Shown here: piece by piece, positions 39,671 to 53,184 of the stretch
How positions within the stretch are numbered: the first letter of the stretch is position 1
How the letters are laid out: each line of letters begins with the position of its first letter
Assembly: GCA_024679065.1 (NCBI GenBank)
Contig: JAGIQG010000014.1
Span: 17,856,001-17,920,000, forward strand
Direction: 5' to 3'
DNA from: Sphyrna mokarran
Lineage: Eukaryota
DNA length: 64,000 nt
The notes under the pieces: generated by a model
Databases searched by the model: none
The model's input: the letters and a program-made list of their open reading frames with translations, nothing else
Told to the model about the DNA's origin: nothing
Made by a program: the position numbers and the translations under genes

Positions 39671-41028
39671 GAACAGTATCTGTCATTCAAACCTGCAATA
39701 AACAGTAGGTTTCCTTGAGTTTTCAAGAGTTTTGGGTTCAACATGATGTTATCCAATAGCAATGAGGCTCTTGTGGATGCTGTGGTGCTGAGCCCTACAA
39801 ACAAGAAAAGAAATCCTAGTAATCATGCAAAGTTAGCTGAGCTAGCAGTCAATGTGCCAAGTTAGCTGAACTGGCCGTAGATGTACTACATCTGACCTCA
39901 ATATCCTATCACTTCCTGGGTGTGTGTTTGCATAATGATCAGGATCCTTGACTGATTTTTTTTTCTTTCCTGCCTACCTGGTCCAGGGATGCTGGAAAAA
40001 TACTTTTAATGTGATTGAGCTCGTTCCTAACAGCAATTGCAATGCATTATTTCTCCTTTGATTGACTGGTAAAGATGAATTCACAGAGAAAGCTCGTGTG
40101 ACTTGTTTGCAGAAGGACACAGGAGGAACGTGGTCATTTGCAACACTGGGAATGAAGTTCGAGTTATTGCAGATTGAGTGCAGTGTTCTAGTGCCTGTAC
40201 GGTTGCAATGATACAGTTTATTATTGGAATATGGAGCTGCTCAGGCACATAATATGGATGAGATTAATTTTGATGGTGGCATCATTTATCATATTTATAC
40301 AGTCACTTTAAGAGACACTCAGAAAGGGTGTTTATACAAGAGAAGATTATCACAGACATTACTGAAGCACAGTTAAATGAAACAATCCATTTCTTTTTCC
40401 TCAATTGACTTGTTGCATATCTTCTTTTTCTTTAATTTTATTTCCTATAGGCATTATAAACTAGGAAGGATCCCGATTTGATCTCAGCCAAGCTGACAGC
40501 TGAATCAAATGCTGATATTGGAAGCTTGATTTGATGGCTCCCCCACCCCCCACACCCCAATTTTGACAGAATAGTGAGGACTGGGGAAGGAATGGAAGGG
40601 GTGGGGAGCGTAGTGTTGCTGGAACTTGCCAGCTGCTGGTCTGCTTGTAAGGGCTTGTAGTTAAATCAGCAGATTAACATTTTCTGCTCTTCATCAGTCA
40701 GCACACTTCCCCAGAGTGAGCGGATGGATCTGGAATCTGAATCTGCTGATAATTAGCTTACATTTATATTGCTCTTTTAATGTAGGCCATGTCCTGAGGC
40801 TCTTTACAGAAGGGTTGAGAAACCACTAACATGGAAAGTTAGGAGAGATCCAGGTCAGAAAGCAGGTTCTTTAGCATGTAAATAGAAATGTAGAGGGAAT
40901 GAAAAGACACAGAGACCGGAATTCTCCAACCTCGCCCACAGATGTGATTCTCCCGCTGCATTGAATGACGATTTGGCTGAGCGCCAAATTCCTCATTCTC
41001 ATTGGTGGTGGTAGTGGAGCACATGATG

Positions 41029-41333
41029 AATGGCACACTGGTTAGCATGGCCGCTTCATGGTTCCCTGGTTTGATTCTGGCCTTGGACCACTGTCCGTGG
41101 AGTTTGCACATTCTCCCCTTGTCTGCTTGTGTTTTCTCCAGGTGTTCCGGTTTCCTCCCACAGTGCGAAAGACGCGTTGATTAAATTGATTGGCCATGCT
41201 AAATTGCCCCTTAGTATCAGGGAGATTAACAGGGTAAAATGTGGGTTGCAGGGATAGGACCTGGCTGGGATTGTCATCAGTGCAGACTCGATGGGCCGAA
41301 TGGTCTCTTTTTGCACTGCTGAAGTTCTGTGAT
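41029..41333 (+). mobile_element. HE1-type V-SINE
   Basis: tggcacactggttagc head, V domain ggagtttgcacattctcccc...ccggtttcctcccacag, CR1-like tail. Confidence 0.85.
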
Positions 41334-43669
41334 ATCAGAGAATTTTGGCCTGAGCATTCAGGAAGAAAGTTAAAGTGATAGGACCAAGGGTGTCAAATGG
41401 ATTGGGACAAGAGTGGGGGTGTGCGTACAGGAATGGAGAGCTGAAGAGTGCCGCAGAGAGGAAATTGCAGACATAAGGAAGGGTGCAGGCCAGAGAGATC
41501 TGAAAATGAGTACAGGGATTTAAAATTGAAAGGATTGGGGAACAGAGTCAGTGAGAGATAGGGGTGGAGGGCAAACAGACTTTTGAATCTGTCATGTGAG
41601 AGATGGCACCTTTAAATAGCACAGCACTCCCTCAGCATTGCACTGAAATGTCAGGTCTGTGGATGTGCTTGTGGCTCTGGGGTAAGACGCAGAACACCCA
41701 ACTTTCTGCTTTAGAGGCTCGAGTGCCACAGAGCCAAGGCTAAGCAGTATCCATAATACAGGCCCGAATAAACAATAGGTTTCCTTGAGTCTTCAGAGTA
41801 TCAGGTACCAATGGCAATGCTGTTCTTGTGGATAAATACACTATGTAGTATAGTGCTTAACGATACAAACAAGAAATCCTCATAAATGGGCTGACTTAGC
41901 TGAGATAGCAGTAGATAGGCAATAACTAGCTTCACTGTTATAAATTTCCAGAGGTTGGAAGATTGGAGACCAGCACTTCAGGGCAGGGAGTCAAAAACAT
42001 TTGTATGAGTTTGGAGCCAGTGCTGGTGACAAAGGGTCAGGAGCAGGCAACAGGTGAAAGTAAGTGTTGATTTTGGGGTAAGGCATTTGAAACTCAGCTT
42101 TGGATTGAACCTGGTGCCAACCATTCAATCTACACGAGGCATGGCAGTGTGTTCAGAGTAGGTGGAAAGGCAGGGAGATGAGTTCATGAGGTGTGCTGAA
42201 AAGATGAGTTTGATCTTAGGCTGTTTTGCTGGGGAAAGTTTTGCTATGTTGACAAGTCAAAGTCAAAGTTGGACAACATGGTTTATTGTGAGAACAAGGA
42301 AAGCGAAGGTGAGATTGAGCAAGGTGTTGGGAATCACACACAGGGACTGAATTCCTTTTTTTGAAGAACCTTATTGAGAAGCTGCATATAAATGAAGAAG
42401 TGGAGATAAATCCTTGAGATCACTCAGGGTGACTGTGTGAGGATGGAAATACCAATAACTGCTGCTTTGAGAGAGACAGAAAAAGAGCTATGCAAGGGAA
42501 AGGATGATAGAGCAGGTGGATAAAGCAACCTGAGATGTTTTACCATGTGAAAGATGCAATATATTTGCACGTTTGTGTAGTCCTTACAAACAGCTGCAGA
42601 AAGGACGGGCGGATATGTTACAGCTATACAGGACAGGTATATGGCTAATGATTTTTGCCTGAGTGCTGTGTATGACACCAAGTTTAAGGAACTCAAAACA
42701 AAGAACTTTTGGCAAGATAGCCACACCTGTTCAAAGACCATCAAGAATAAAGCCCAGGTGGCATTGCTGTGCTACAATTGGACAGGTTACTGCTGTGCCT
42801 GAGTTCATGGTCTCTATGTTTCATGTAAGTCAGTAGCCATGAGGAGGACTACAGGTGGTGTCAGGACTCAGTTCTGAACCCTTGATTGCAGAGTCTTCTG
42901 TTGAAATGTGCGTGCATGGAAGGACAAAATGAAACTCTGCCTTGATGCACCTTGAAGCTGAATAGCCTGGTGGCACCCACCATCTGGATTCACTTAAGCT
43001 GTCTTGGCCACATGAATGAGGTACTGGAGGACTGCTGGTGCCACGTGGCATTCCAGTTTGCAGTGAGTGTACTGCTGGGAACTGGAAAGTGGCAGTAGCC
43101 AGAGACTGGATTACTTTCTGATGAAACATTTCCAATTGTTGAGACAGGATAAAATGCAAGCAGATAAGTTGTCCTTGTACTTCTCACATCTCCTTTAAAC
43201 CCTCTTCACCGTGCCTTTGTGTCTGAATGTCCTCAGGTCGTTGTAGTTCTTCTCATCGCCAGTAACTTACAGAGTGTGTACAACATAGCCAAAGACCATT
43301 TGACTCCATTGTTCTGAGCCTGAGTTATTTCACCATACCAGCCTTGTCCAATTGCAACAATAGAGTTACATGTGTAACTCTATCAGCATGACCTCCTTCC
43401 TGCTCCTTTCTCTTCATGTACTTATCCAGCTTCTTCGAAATGCATCAGTGCTTTTCACGTCAACTAGTCCTTGTGGTAGTGAGGTCTATGTTCTCACCAC
43501 CCTTTAGATAAGAAAGCTGTGCCTAACATGCCTCTATTTGAATTTTATATCTTTTGTTGATGGCCCTCATTTGGAGAATTGTCAGTACATGTTGTTCCCC
43601 TTTGTTACTGATTTTCAGGATGACAAGTATCTTACGAATTACACATTCTGAGTCACTCTGAGAAGTTGT

Positions 43670-43910
43670 GGGTCTCCTTGGGAGCAGGTAGTTAAGAGTC
43701 AATCCATTGGGCTGTGGCTGGAATATCACAGGCTGGTCTGAGTAAGGATGGTTGGTTTCTTTCCCTGAAGAGCCATTAGTGAACCAGTTGGGTCTTAACA
43801 ACAACCTGACAGCTTCATGGCCTCTTTTACTGATGCCGACATTTTCAATGTTGGAATTTTTATTTAACTAGATTCAAATTTTGAAGCGCTCATTGCAAAA
43901 ATTGAATTCA
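43670..43910 (-). mobile_element. SINE family B fragment
   Basis: Reverse complement of the family body (gttaagagtcaatc...ccattagtgaaccagttggg). Confidence 0.6.
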
Positions 43911-44039
43911 CCAAAGAGGCATTTAACTCATTAGAAGGGTTGATTTCCTTCATCTGAAGATCCCACAAACATAGCATTCACGTCACAAGTTTAAGAAAAA
44001 ACATTGCTCAGTGGGACGAACAGTGTACCAAACTTGTCA

Positions 44040-44605
44040 GTTAGGGAGACACTGCCAACCCAGCCGCCCAACCTCACATCAACTGACCAATCAGGGAGCC
44101 ACTGCTGTCTCATCCTCCTCCATCCCCACACCAACTGACCAATCAGGGAAGCATAGCCTTCCCATTCTCCTCCATCCCCATACCAACTGACCAATCAGGG
44201 AGACACTGCCATCCCATTCCCCACCAGCTCCACGTCAACTGACCAATCAAGGAAACACTATCCTCCCGTCCCCTCCAGCCCCACAATAACTGACCAATCA
44301 GGGAGACACAATCATCCTATCCCCTCCATCGTCAGACCAATTGACCTATCAGGGAGACACTGCCATCCCATTGTCTCCACCCCCACACCAACTCACCAAC
44401 CAGGGAGTCATTGCCATCCCATTCCCTTCACCCCCACACCAACTGACCAACCAGGGAGTCATTGCCATCCCATTCCCTTCACCCCCACACCACCTGACCA
44501 ATCAGGAAGACACCACCCTCCCAAAGAACTTCATCCCCATACCAACTGACCAACTAGGAAGATACTGCCATCCCATTCCCTCCACACCCCACATCACTGA
44601 CCAAA
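44040..44605. repeat. Minisatellite, 51-52 bp unit, ~11 copies
   Basis: Unit ~caactgaccaatcagggagacactgccatcccattcccctccaccccacac; register points 44087, 44139, 44191, 44243, 44294, 44345, 44396, 44447, 44498, 44550, 44601. Confidence 0.95.
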
Positions 44606-45210
44606 ATTGCAACTTAAAATGAAGGTTATTTCACAATCGAAAAGCACGTGTGCAGCTGCATTTGTGAAAGTCAGGAGTAATGTAGATGAACTGCTTATGC
44701 AGGACTTTAAGTTAAACTGAGTGAACCATTTCTGATCATTGTAATCTCTAGCTTGTAAAACAAAAAGGTTCATTAATGCAGGGTATTTAGAGCTAACTGC
44801 AGCACATCTGGGCTTGTTTGATCAGTCGAATTTTAAATTATTCAGGAGAACTGCCCACCAATGGCCTCCTTCAAGAAATGACCAAAAGGCTACCGCTATT
44901 CTGCCTATTAACTATCCCCTCCAGTTTCTTAAATCATTACATTCATGAACGGATTGAACTGGTGTGTTGTGAACTCAGATGGTAAATGTCCATACTGAGT
45001 TCTACAGAGCAGGTAGAATCCAGACTTGATCCCCAGTCTGTGCTGAATTAGTTGACCTCAGCCAGCCAGTACATTAATGTAAGCCTACTTATGACACTAG
45101 TAAATAAACTTAAGCTTAATGTGCCGTTGGTCATGTGAGAAAAAGAAAATCAACTTTGGTCCCTATCTCTAATCGCATAAATGTGTGTGTGTATTTATGT
45201 GTGTGTATAT

Positions 45211-45668
45211 TTTACCAGGATGTTGCCTGGTATGAAGGGCAGGTCTTATGAGGAGAGGCTGAGGGATTTGAGGTTGTTTTCATTAGAAAGAAGGCGACTA
45301 AGAGGAGACCTTATTGAAACATATAAGATGATTAGAGGTTTAGGTAGGGTGGACAGTGATAGCCTTTTTCCTAGGATGGAGAAAGCTAGCACGAGGGGAC
45401 ATAGCTTTAAATTAAGGGGTGATAGTTATAGGACGGATATCAGAGGTACGTTCTTTACAGAGGGTGGTTAGGGAGTGGAATGCCCTGCCTGCGGCAGTTG
45501 TAGATGTGCCAAGTTTGGTGGCGTTTAAGAGGTTAGTTGATAAGTTTATGGAAGAGAAGGGAATGGTTTAGTTTGGAGGGTCATTGCTTTTTTTCATAAT
45601 TGGTCGGCGCAACATCAAAGGCCGAAGGGCCTGTTCTGCGCTGTAATGTTCTATGTTCTATGTTCTAT
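45211..45668 (+). mobile_element. CR1 (HER1-like) LINE 3' end, relatively young
   Basis: FTRMLPGMKGRSYEERLRDLRLFSLERRRLRGDLIETYKMIRG...TRGHSFKL, then a 3' UTR and (tgttcta)3 tail. Confidence 0.92.
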
Positions 45669-45669
45669 A

Positions 45670-46310
45670 TGTATGTCTGTGTGCATGCACAATTGTGTGT
45701 GTATATTAGTACCTATGGATGTCCATATATGCTTGTATTCATGTGCACAATGTGTATCTGTCAGCATGTCCATACATATACACATGTGTGCCTATGAAAG
45801 CACGTGTGTGCATGTGGCTGTGTGATTGTATTTGTGTGTGTTTGAACATATCAGAGCTAGTTTGTGCATATGTGTGTGTTTATAAGAATGTATGAAGTTA
45901 TGTTTGTGAAAGTATGAGTCTGTGTGTATGTGTGTGTCTGTGAGTGGACATAACATGTGTTTAAATTTATGTGTGGTTGTGTTTGTGTAAGTGTATCTGT
46001 GCTTGTGAGGGTGAATATGTGTGTGTTTGTGTGTGCATGTGACTCCATGCATGTGTGTGCATATATGTCTTTGTGTGCCTGAGTGAATGTTCATAATTAT
46101 GTATGTAATTGTGTTTGTGTGAGTGTGTTTGTGAGGGTGTGTGTGTGAATGTTAGTATGTGTACCTGTGTTTATGAAGGTGAATGTGTATATGAGAGTTA
46201 ATTTGTGTTTGTGAGGGCGAGTGTGTTAGTATTAGTGTGTGTTTGTGAGTGTGCGAGAGTTAGTGAGAGTTTTTGTGTTTGTCTGTGAGAGTTAGTTATG
46301 TGTGTTTATG
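45670..46310. repeat. Degenerate TG-rich tract
   Basis: Direct reading. Confidence 0.85.
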
Positions 46311-46346
46311 TTACAGAGTTAGGATTAGCTGTGCAGCTCCTCATGG

Positions 46347-46688
46347 TTGATTGATTTGATTTGATTTATTATTGTCACATAATAACACAATGGAAAGTAT
46401 TGTTTCTTGTGCGCTATACAGACAAAACATACCGTTCATAGAGAAGGAAACAAGAGAGCGCAAAATGTAGTGTTACAATCCAAGGTAAATCCATTCAAAA
46501 GTGTAACAGCAGCAGGGAAGAAGCTGTTTTTGAGTCAGTTGGTACATGACCTCAGACTTTTGCATCTTTTTTCCGATGGAAGAAAGTAAAAGCGAGAATG
46601 TCCAGGGTGTGTGGGGTCCTTAATTATACTGGCCGCTTTGCCGAGGCAGCAGGAAATATAGACAGAGTCATTGGATGGGAGGCTGTGT
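46347..46688 (-). mobile_element. Rex1/Babar-like LINE 3' end
   Basis: (gattt)n tail followed by gggaagaagctgtt...gatggaag...tgtccagggtg..gggtcctt, as recalled for Rex1-clade 3' regions. Confidence 0.6.
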
Positions 46689-48093
46689 GATTGGGCTCCC
46701 AATACTTATTCTCCAGTCATACGCTTGCATCAGGTACCTCACTGGTCTGGGGATTTTTGTTCTCACCTGAAAGAGATGAGTTGAAGAAACTATCTGGGGA
46801 TAAAATCCATGTTGAACTTAAAACAGTTTCTGAAAGCTTTGTGCACTTGGTGTTTCATTGGTTGAGATATTGCAGTTAACAGGTATAATAAACCAAGCCC
46901 TTAACCAGTGAAAGCTCAATATGACTTTAAGGCAATCACTGAGTGTAATTGGGTTTTGAGAATTTTTTTTAAAAGTTGAGGTTTTATTTGCTAAATAAAC
47001 ATTTCAAAATGAAGAAGAACTTTGAGTAATAGTCAGATTTCACATTGTGGGATTCAGCGATAACCCTAATCATCAACAGCTGTGATAAGTAAAATGTAGT
47101 TTGTTTAAATGTAAAACTCCCCTTTAAACAGCACAAACGAAAGGCATCACAAAAATGCTACAAGAATAAAAGAATGTCATTTTATACAACTTTTCACTAA
47201 GTGCAATTTCAGATGCAACGAGTTAAGAATTTTGTGAAGATTTAATTAGCTTCTGAAGTATTAAGTGCTCTCCTTTTGGAGGGAGGGATAATTTTTCAGG
47301 CCCCTTCCTCCTGCCATTGTGGGTCTACCCCCTGATGAAGAGATTGGGCAAGCAGCCTGTTTCAACACCTAACCAAATAGTGCTGAGTAACTTATTCCTT
47401 GGAGTTGATTGACAATGGCCTGGGATGATTTTTGCTTCCCTTTGTTTTCTGCCCTTCAGATGTTCACTTACTATAGTGATAGCCCTCCATTGTACCATAT
47501 CAATTAGCCATTTGCCCCAGGCTCAAAAAAGAAAAGAGATTAGCCAGGTTTTTGGCTTCTGTTTGCAAATCAATGCTTCCTGTTGGGAAACCTGCCAGTT
47601 TATGAGTGGCATGGGAAGGAGAGTGAAGATACTGGGTGTGATTTAATCTATGGGAGGCACAGATCCTAATGATTGAAATAGAAGTGGGTGCCACTTCTGT
47701 TTGGATGTAAGGTGCCAGCGTGCACACACAATGTTAATATTAAAGGAGGAGCGGCAGCATATGGGCACAAGTGATGAGGCAGCAGGCAGGAAGTGGTGGA
47801 ATCCATTGTCAGGTGATTGCAGTGAGCGCTGGGTGGGTTATAACCACCCCCGCCCCCTCCCCCCAGCAGGCAGGATCCATCAGAGCAGACTGGAGAAGAT
47901 TTGCAGATTTGGGAGATTGTAATCTGGAAGACAAACCTTCATCCCCTTCATTGCTCTAAAGATTCTATCCCTATGATATATTAGGGAAACACTTCAGCAC
48001 AGGCTGATGTAAGATTGGACCTTCTGAGTGTTCCCGGCTTCTGTACATCAGTGCCAATGTTCTGTGTGCTTAATATTAGAGGCAAGAGAAATG

Positions 48094-48490
48094 CACACAC
48101 ACACACACACACACATTCATATAACCTCAAGTACTCACTCATCCCCACTCACTCACTCATTCTCACTCCCATACTTCCACTTTTTTAGTCACTCAGTATC
48201 TCACTCACTACATTCTCACTTATTTGTTCATTCTCACACTCACTCTCATTCTCTCTCATTTTCACTCATACCCTCATTCTCACTCTCATTCTCTCATACT
48301 CCCTCTCACTCATTCTCTCTCTCTCATTTCACACTCTCATTCTCACTCACACACTCTCATACTCATACACACTCTCATTCTCACTCACACACTCTCAGAT
48401 TCACTCTCATTCTCACTCATCCTCACCACTCTCTCATTCTCACTCACTCGCACTCTCAGTCACTTTCTCTCATTCTCAGTCTCTCTCTAT
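48094..48490. repeat. (CA)n plus degenerate CTCA/CACT repeat
   Basis: Direct reading; source of the spurious His/Ser-rich ORF 48028..48657. Confidence 0.9.
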
Positions 48491-49522
48491 ATATCTATAT
48501 GTTCTGTTGTAGCAAGATGTGGGCTAAGGGTGGCACAATACAACCAGATTTTTCAAAGTTGTTTTCTTTCTTAGCCAGCAACTCACATTGCCAGTTTTTT
48601 TTAAAAAGGAAAACACGTATTTTGACAAACGCCTGCTTTTATAAAAAAATATTTTGACAGTCAATGCAGAAATGGGCAGAGGCAGTAGCTGCAGAGAACC
48701 CTTTCCTGTCACTGGATTGTCAGCAGAAAGTCAGAGCATCTGTCAGAGAGGGGCCCAAATGCAGGAACTAGCCTCCTGTGTGTGTTTTCTACCCACTAAC
48801 CAGCCTGGGAGAAGCAGCTCAGGGGAGCTGGGAGACATTGATTGACAGCTTCAATGTCAGGAAGTGAATATGTGAAAAAGTTTAACTTCGATTTGGCAGG
48901 ATCCCAACAACCCCCTATCCCCCTCCTTCTCCACTATGCTGGAATAAAATCCAGGTTTAAGTGACCTTCTCACTGCACAATTATTTCACCTCTCAAAAGG
49001 CTCTGAGTGCTCTCTTAAAGGCACAGAGTCTCTGTGCTATCAGACTGAGTCTCCAAATATAGTTGCGTGCTCCTTTATTCAAATGCCAGTGTCAATTACC
49101 AAAATATGTGTGCAGAGAGGGGAATGAAATGAGTTGTCTTTGGGTCCCTTGTCTTCCCCTGCTCAGGAATTGCTGAGTAAAAGCTATTTGATTCTACAAG
49201 GGAAAATTTATCTTAATTCTAATTTGTGCCAACGTATTAATCTCGGCTGCGTGAATCTTATCCAACCCCCCCCTTTCAGGGGCCCCATGGTCAGTGCCCC
49301 AAATTGCCTCATGTTCTTTTTGGAACATACCCAGAAACCATCAGAGATTTTGCACTCCTCCAATTTAGACCTTTTAGGGTATGCTCCACAATTGACAGAC
49401 TTTCTTTCAGCTGTTGAGACCCTAAGCTCTGAAATTCCTGCCCTAAATGTCTTAATCTCTTGACCTCTCTATCTTTCCTAAGGATGCTTCTTATCACCCA
49501 CTTATTTAACTGGTCTTTTGGA

Positions 49523-50035
49523 GGGTAGATGGTAGTGCATTAGCAATGTCAGGCTCTGTGGACAGGGGTTCAAATCCCACTATAGCAGTTGGTAGAGTTT
49601 AAATTCAATTAATAAAGTCGGGAATTGTAAGTTAGTTTGGGCAACTGCTGTGCATCCTAGTGGAACCCAGTATTAGGCACATAGTGAATCCTTATTTTAT
49701 ACATAAGGCACCTTGTAATGTTTATCTTAACTCAGTCTACTTATTATGGTGAATTTAAAATGATGGATTTTTATACTATACGTTTTATATTACCCTCCTT
49801 CAACAACCATCATCGATTGTTATAAAAAACCATCTTGTTCGCTAATGTCCCTTTAGGGAAGGAAATCTGCCATCCATACCTGGATCTGGTCCACATGTGA
49901 CTTCAGTCCCACAGCAGTGTTAACTCTTAACTGCCCTCTGAAATGTTTGAGCAAGACACTCAGTTTAGGGGCAATTAGAGATGGGCAACAAATGCCAGAC
50001 CTTTGCAGGTGATGCCCACATTCTGTGAAAGAATA
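49523..50035 (+). mobile_element. SINE family B interrupted by ~165 bp of foreign sequence (~49640-49803)
   Basis: Head with ggttcaaatcccac and body/tail match the 54105 copy on both sides of the insert. Confidence 0.75.
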
Positions 50036-50719
50036 GGTCACTTGTCCTAATGTCTCACTTTGTGACTCGGTGACTGACTTCTGACATTCCAGTTTGGAAT
50101 ATTTTCTTGGGTCAAAAGTGCCATATAAATGGAACTTGTTGAATTGGAGTGAATCATTTTTAAGGTGGAGAGACAGGCAAATCCCACCCTCAGAAGGGAG
50201 AGCTGAATAATCCTTTCCTTCAGTCAGGAAACACCAGGCAGCATCCTAACCACTAGGATTAAGTTGACTCCTATCAGCTAACTCAGAGCAGACTGGGAAT
50301 CATTATGAATTAATGGGCAGGATACATATTTGTATAGCTTGTCTCCCTACTCTGACACCTGTTAACCCCATCCCATTCTAAGATATAGTGATGCCCCAAG
50401 TTTTACAAAAGACATTAATAAAAAAAACTGAAGTAATGATAAATTTTCATAAATTATTTATCATCTGTTTCAATATTTACTTTGAGCTCCTGCAATGTGT
50501 TGGAAATGAGCCCTCTCATAGCTTTGTTGCTGTTGGGACCCTGGAGAATTATCCCATTCACCAGGTTTATTTGCGAAAAGATTTTACTGAAGTGGATTCT
50601 CCCTTTAGCCACTTATGGGACAACTTTGGAAGTTTTGGAAGACAACGTATCCTTTCTACACCCTTCTAAAGGTCAATTCACTGACCTCAAGTCTGCAACT
50701 ACGTAAAATTACACAAAAT

Positions 50720-51100
50720 GCAGAGCACAGTAACAAGCCATTCAGTCCAACCATTCTCTGATAGTGTTTATGCTCCACATGAGACTCCTCCTACCCTTTC
50801 TCATCTCAAATGTATCAACATAACCTTCTCCCTTGTGTTCATCATGTTTCATTTTCAATTCATATTTGCTTCAACCACTCTTCATCTAAGTGAATTCCAC
50901 ATTCTTATCACTCATTAGGTAAAAAATTTTCTCTTTTGGATTTAAGAGTGAATCATATTTATAGCTCACAACTTTGAACACCAACAGAAAGGGAGACATC
51001 TTCTCTGCATTCAACTTTTGATAATCTTAAAGATCTAACTTGGGTGACTCCTCAAGCTTGCCTTGAAGAGAGATGAGGGCCCCAGCCTGTCCAGATTCTC
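50720..51100 (-). mobile_element. CR1 3' fragment
   Basis: gccattcagtcca...tcaaccactc...gaattccacattctt pattern shared with the other CR1 tails. Confidence 0.55.
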
Positions 51101-51363
51101 CCGAGAACCAGGTTAGGTAACTCATGAACTTTCCATTCCATGCTGCTTCCATTAGGTGGATATATGGTGTGCCAGGTAGGAATGTAGATGGCTTTCAGTC
51201 ATCCTGCTTCTAACCAACACCTCCCATCCTGTGCGTGCACACATGCACATACAATGTCTGCCCCGATGAAAAGCCCTGTGCCCAGGCCTTAATCAACACA
51301 GGGTCAGAACTTCGAGAAAGGCAGATGGGAGAAGAAGCAAAGTTTTTAAGTTCTAGCCAGCAG

Positions 51364-51682
51364 ATCACAGAATCATAGAATCCCTACAGTGCAGAAGGAA
51401 GCTATTCAGCCCATTCAGCATACACCAACAGGAATCACACCTATCCCTGTAACCCCACGTATTCAACTGCTGGTTCCCCTGACAGTAAGGGGCAATTTAG
51501 CATGGCCAATCCACCTAACCTGTGTATCTTTGGACTGTGGGAGGAAACCGGAGCACCCAGGGAAAACCCACACAGACACAGAGAGAAAATGTGAACTTCG
51601 GACAGTTACCTAAGGCCAGATTTGAACTCGGGTCCCTGATGCTGTGAGGCAGCAGTGTTAACCACTGAACAACCATACCACC
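51364..51682 (-). mobile_element. HE1-type V-SINE
   Basis: Reverse complement of 23136/41029 (ggactgtgggaggaaaccggagcaccc...gctgtgaggcagcagtg). Confidence 0.88.
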
Positions 51683-53184
51683 CCTATTGAAATGAAAATC
51701 TCAAACGATGCATGTCCAAATTGGCAAACTTTCCTGAAGGAGCTGTTGGCTGGAGACCACAAGTTTGAATGTTTTGTGCACCCAGCCTGTGCCTTTCGCT
51801 CTCGTACTTCACTTCTACCATAGGTTCAAACCTCACCTCCACCCTCAGTGACAAAGCTTCACTCATCAAATTTCACCTACACCTCCCTAAGTCTCTCAAT
51901 CTCCCTCAAATTCAACCTTCAGGCTGCTTCTTGCAACTTCAGATCAGCTTGGACTATTTCCCCCAGTAAACCACCTTAAGATGTTTTGTTACGTGAAAAT
52001 TGTTGTATAATTACAAGTTGCCGTGTTTGCTTTATTCACTAAGGTCAAACAGTTTGGCTGTACGCTGTACAATGCTTTCTAAGAAGTCTCTGTTTAATGA
52101 CTTGTTCATGTCAAGAGAAGGGAGAGAAAATATTTATAATTCAAAAATTGATCCTTTTTTCCTTTATTTTTATGTTAGACCAGGCAAGGAAATTTTTAAG
52201 GTCTTCACTTGAACTGAAGGGGATAAGCTTGTGGAAAGGGTCGAGAGTTCCAGGCAGGGTAAAAGGTAACAGAATAAGAAAGCAGCTAGTGTTGTGCTTC
52301 CTATCACTGGTGTCATTGTAGGTAGCTGTGAATTAAGCCTTAGTTTGGCATCAGCTGCAATAAATCTCAGGCCCACTGATGAGTTCAGTGTGGGCAGTGG
52401 AGCATGGAGTGAAGTGGGGGGTGGCCAGGCAGTGTTTGTGTTGTTCTTAGCGACACGTAGCAAAGTTCCCTACCCCCTCCACCTCTTAAACGGAAGGCTC
52501 TGGCTCCAGCATGTCGCCACTGAAAGCAGGAACATTGCTTGCACATGTGGTGGGAAAGAGCGGTGCATTTCACTGAGAGGACTGCAGCCAGTGAAGTTTA
52601 TTCGAGGAGTGTAATATCGAGGTGGAACAGGAGAGGGAGAAGATACTGAGAGAGAGAGAGGTGGGAAGGAAATGAGAATAGACAGCTTCAAGTCGACCAC
52701 TATGATACTGGAACGTTGTGAAGTGTTCAGGAATTGTGTGATAAACCAAACTGGCATATTTTTCTGCATTTCTGTGTGGCACCCTGCATCTTCCTTGTTG
52801 CTCTGTGATCCAAAGTCAATGTTGTGACAGGACTGCTGCACAGACACACACTCACACACACACACACACCAGTATCTTGGAATGCTGAATTTTTTAACAT
52901 GGTGGGCACTGCATAATACCTTTTGGAAATCTATCATAAATATTATTATTACAGAGGAAGAGGATGCAGCACTCATATATCACTGTATTATTAATAACAG
53001 TGTCCAAATAAAATGCAGACCTTGTCAGATTTAACAGATGACTGCAAACGTCCTAGTTTGAAACTAAAGACTCATTTCAAGAACCGTGCAACTTTAATTC
53101 CCAACCTAGTTAACCCTTTCTCTTCCTGGGTTCAGAACTTTGACTTTCCCTCCTCTCCTTCCTCTGCTTCTTTATTATTACACA

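Noticed and set aside
40671-40697. Minus-strand CTGATGA...GAAA hammerhead-like motif
   Set aside because: No stem II pairing (AGAGCA between the boxes) and no flanking stems.
44040-44605. CRISPR-like repeat-spacer appearance
   Set aside because: The apparent spacers are homologous to each other and the context is a vertebrate intron; this is a minisatellite.
48028-48657. 209-aa His/Ser-rich ORF
   Set aside because: Translation of a CTCA/CA simple repeat with a non-ATG start.
52470-52976. 168-aa antisense ORF
   Set aside because: No recognisable domain, includes microsatellite-derived sequence, no splice or start support.
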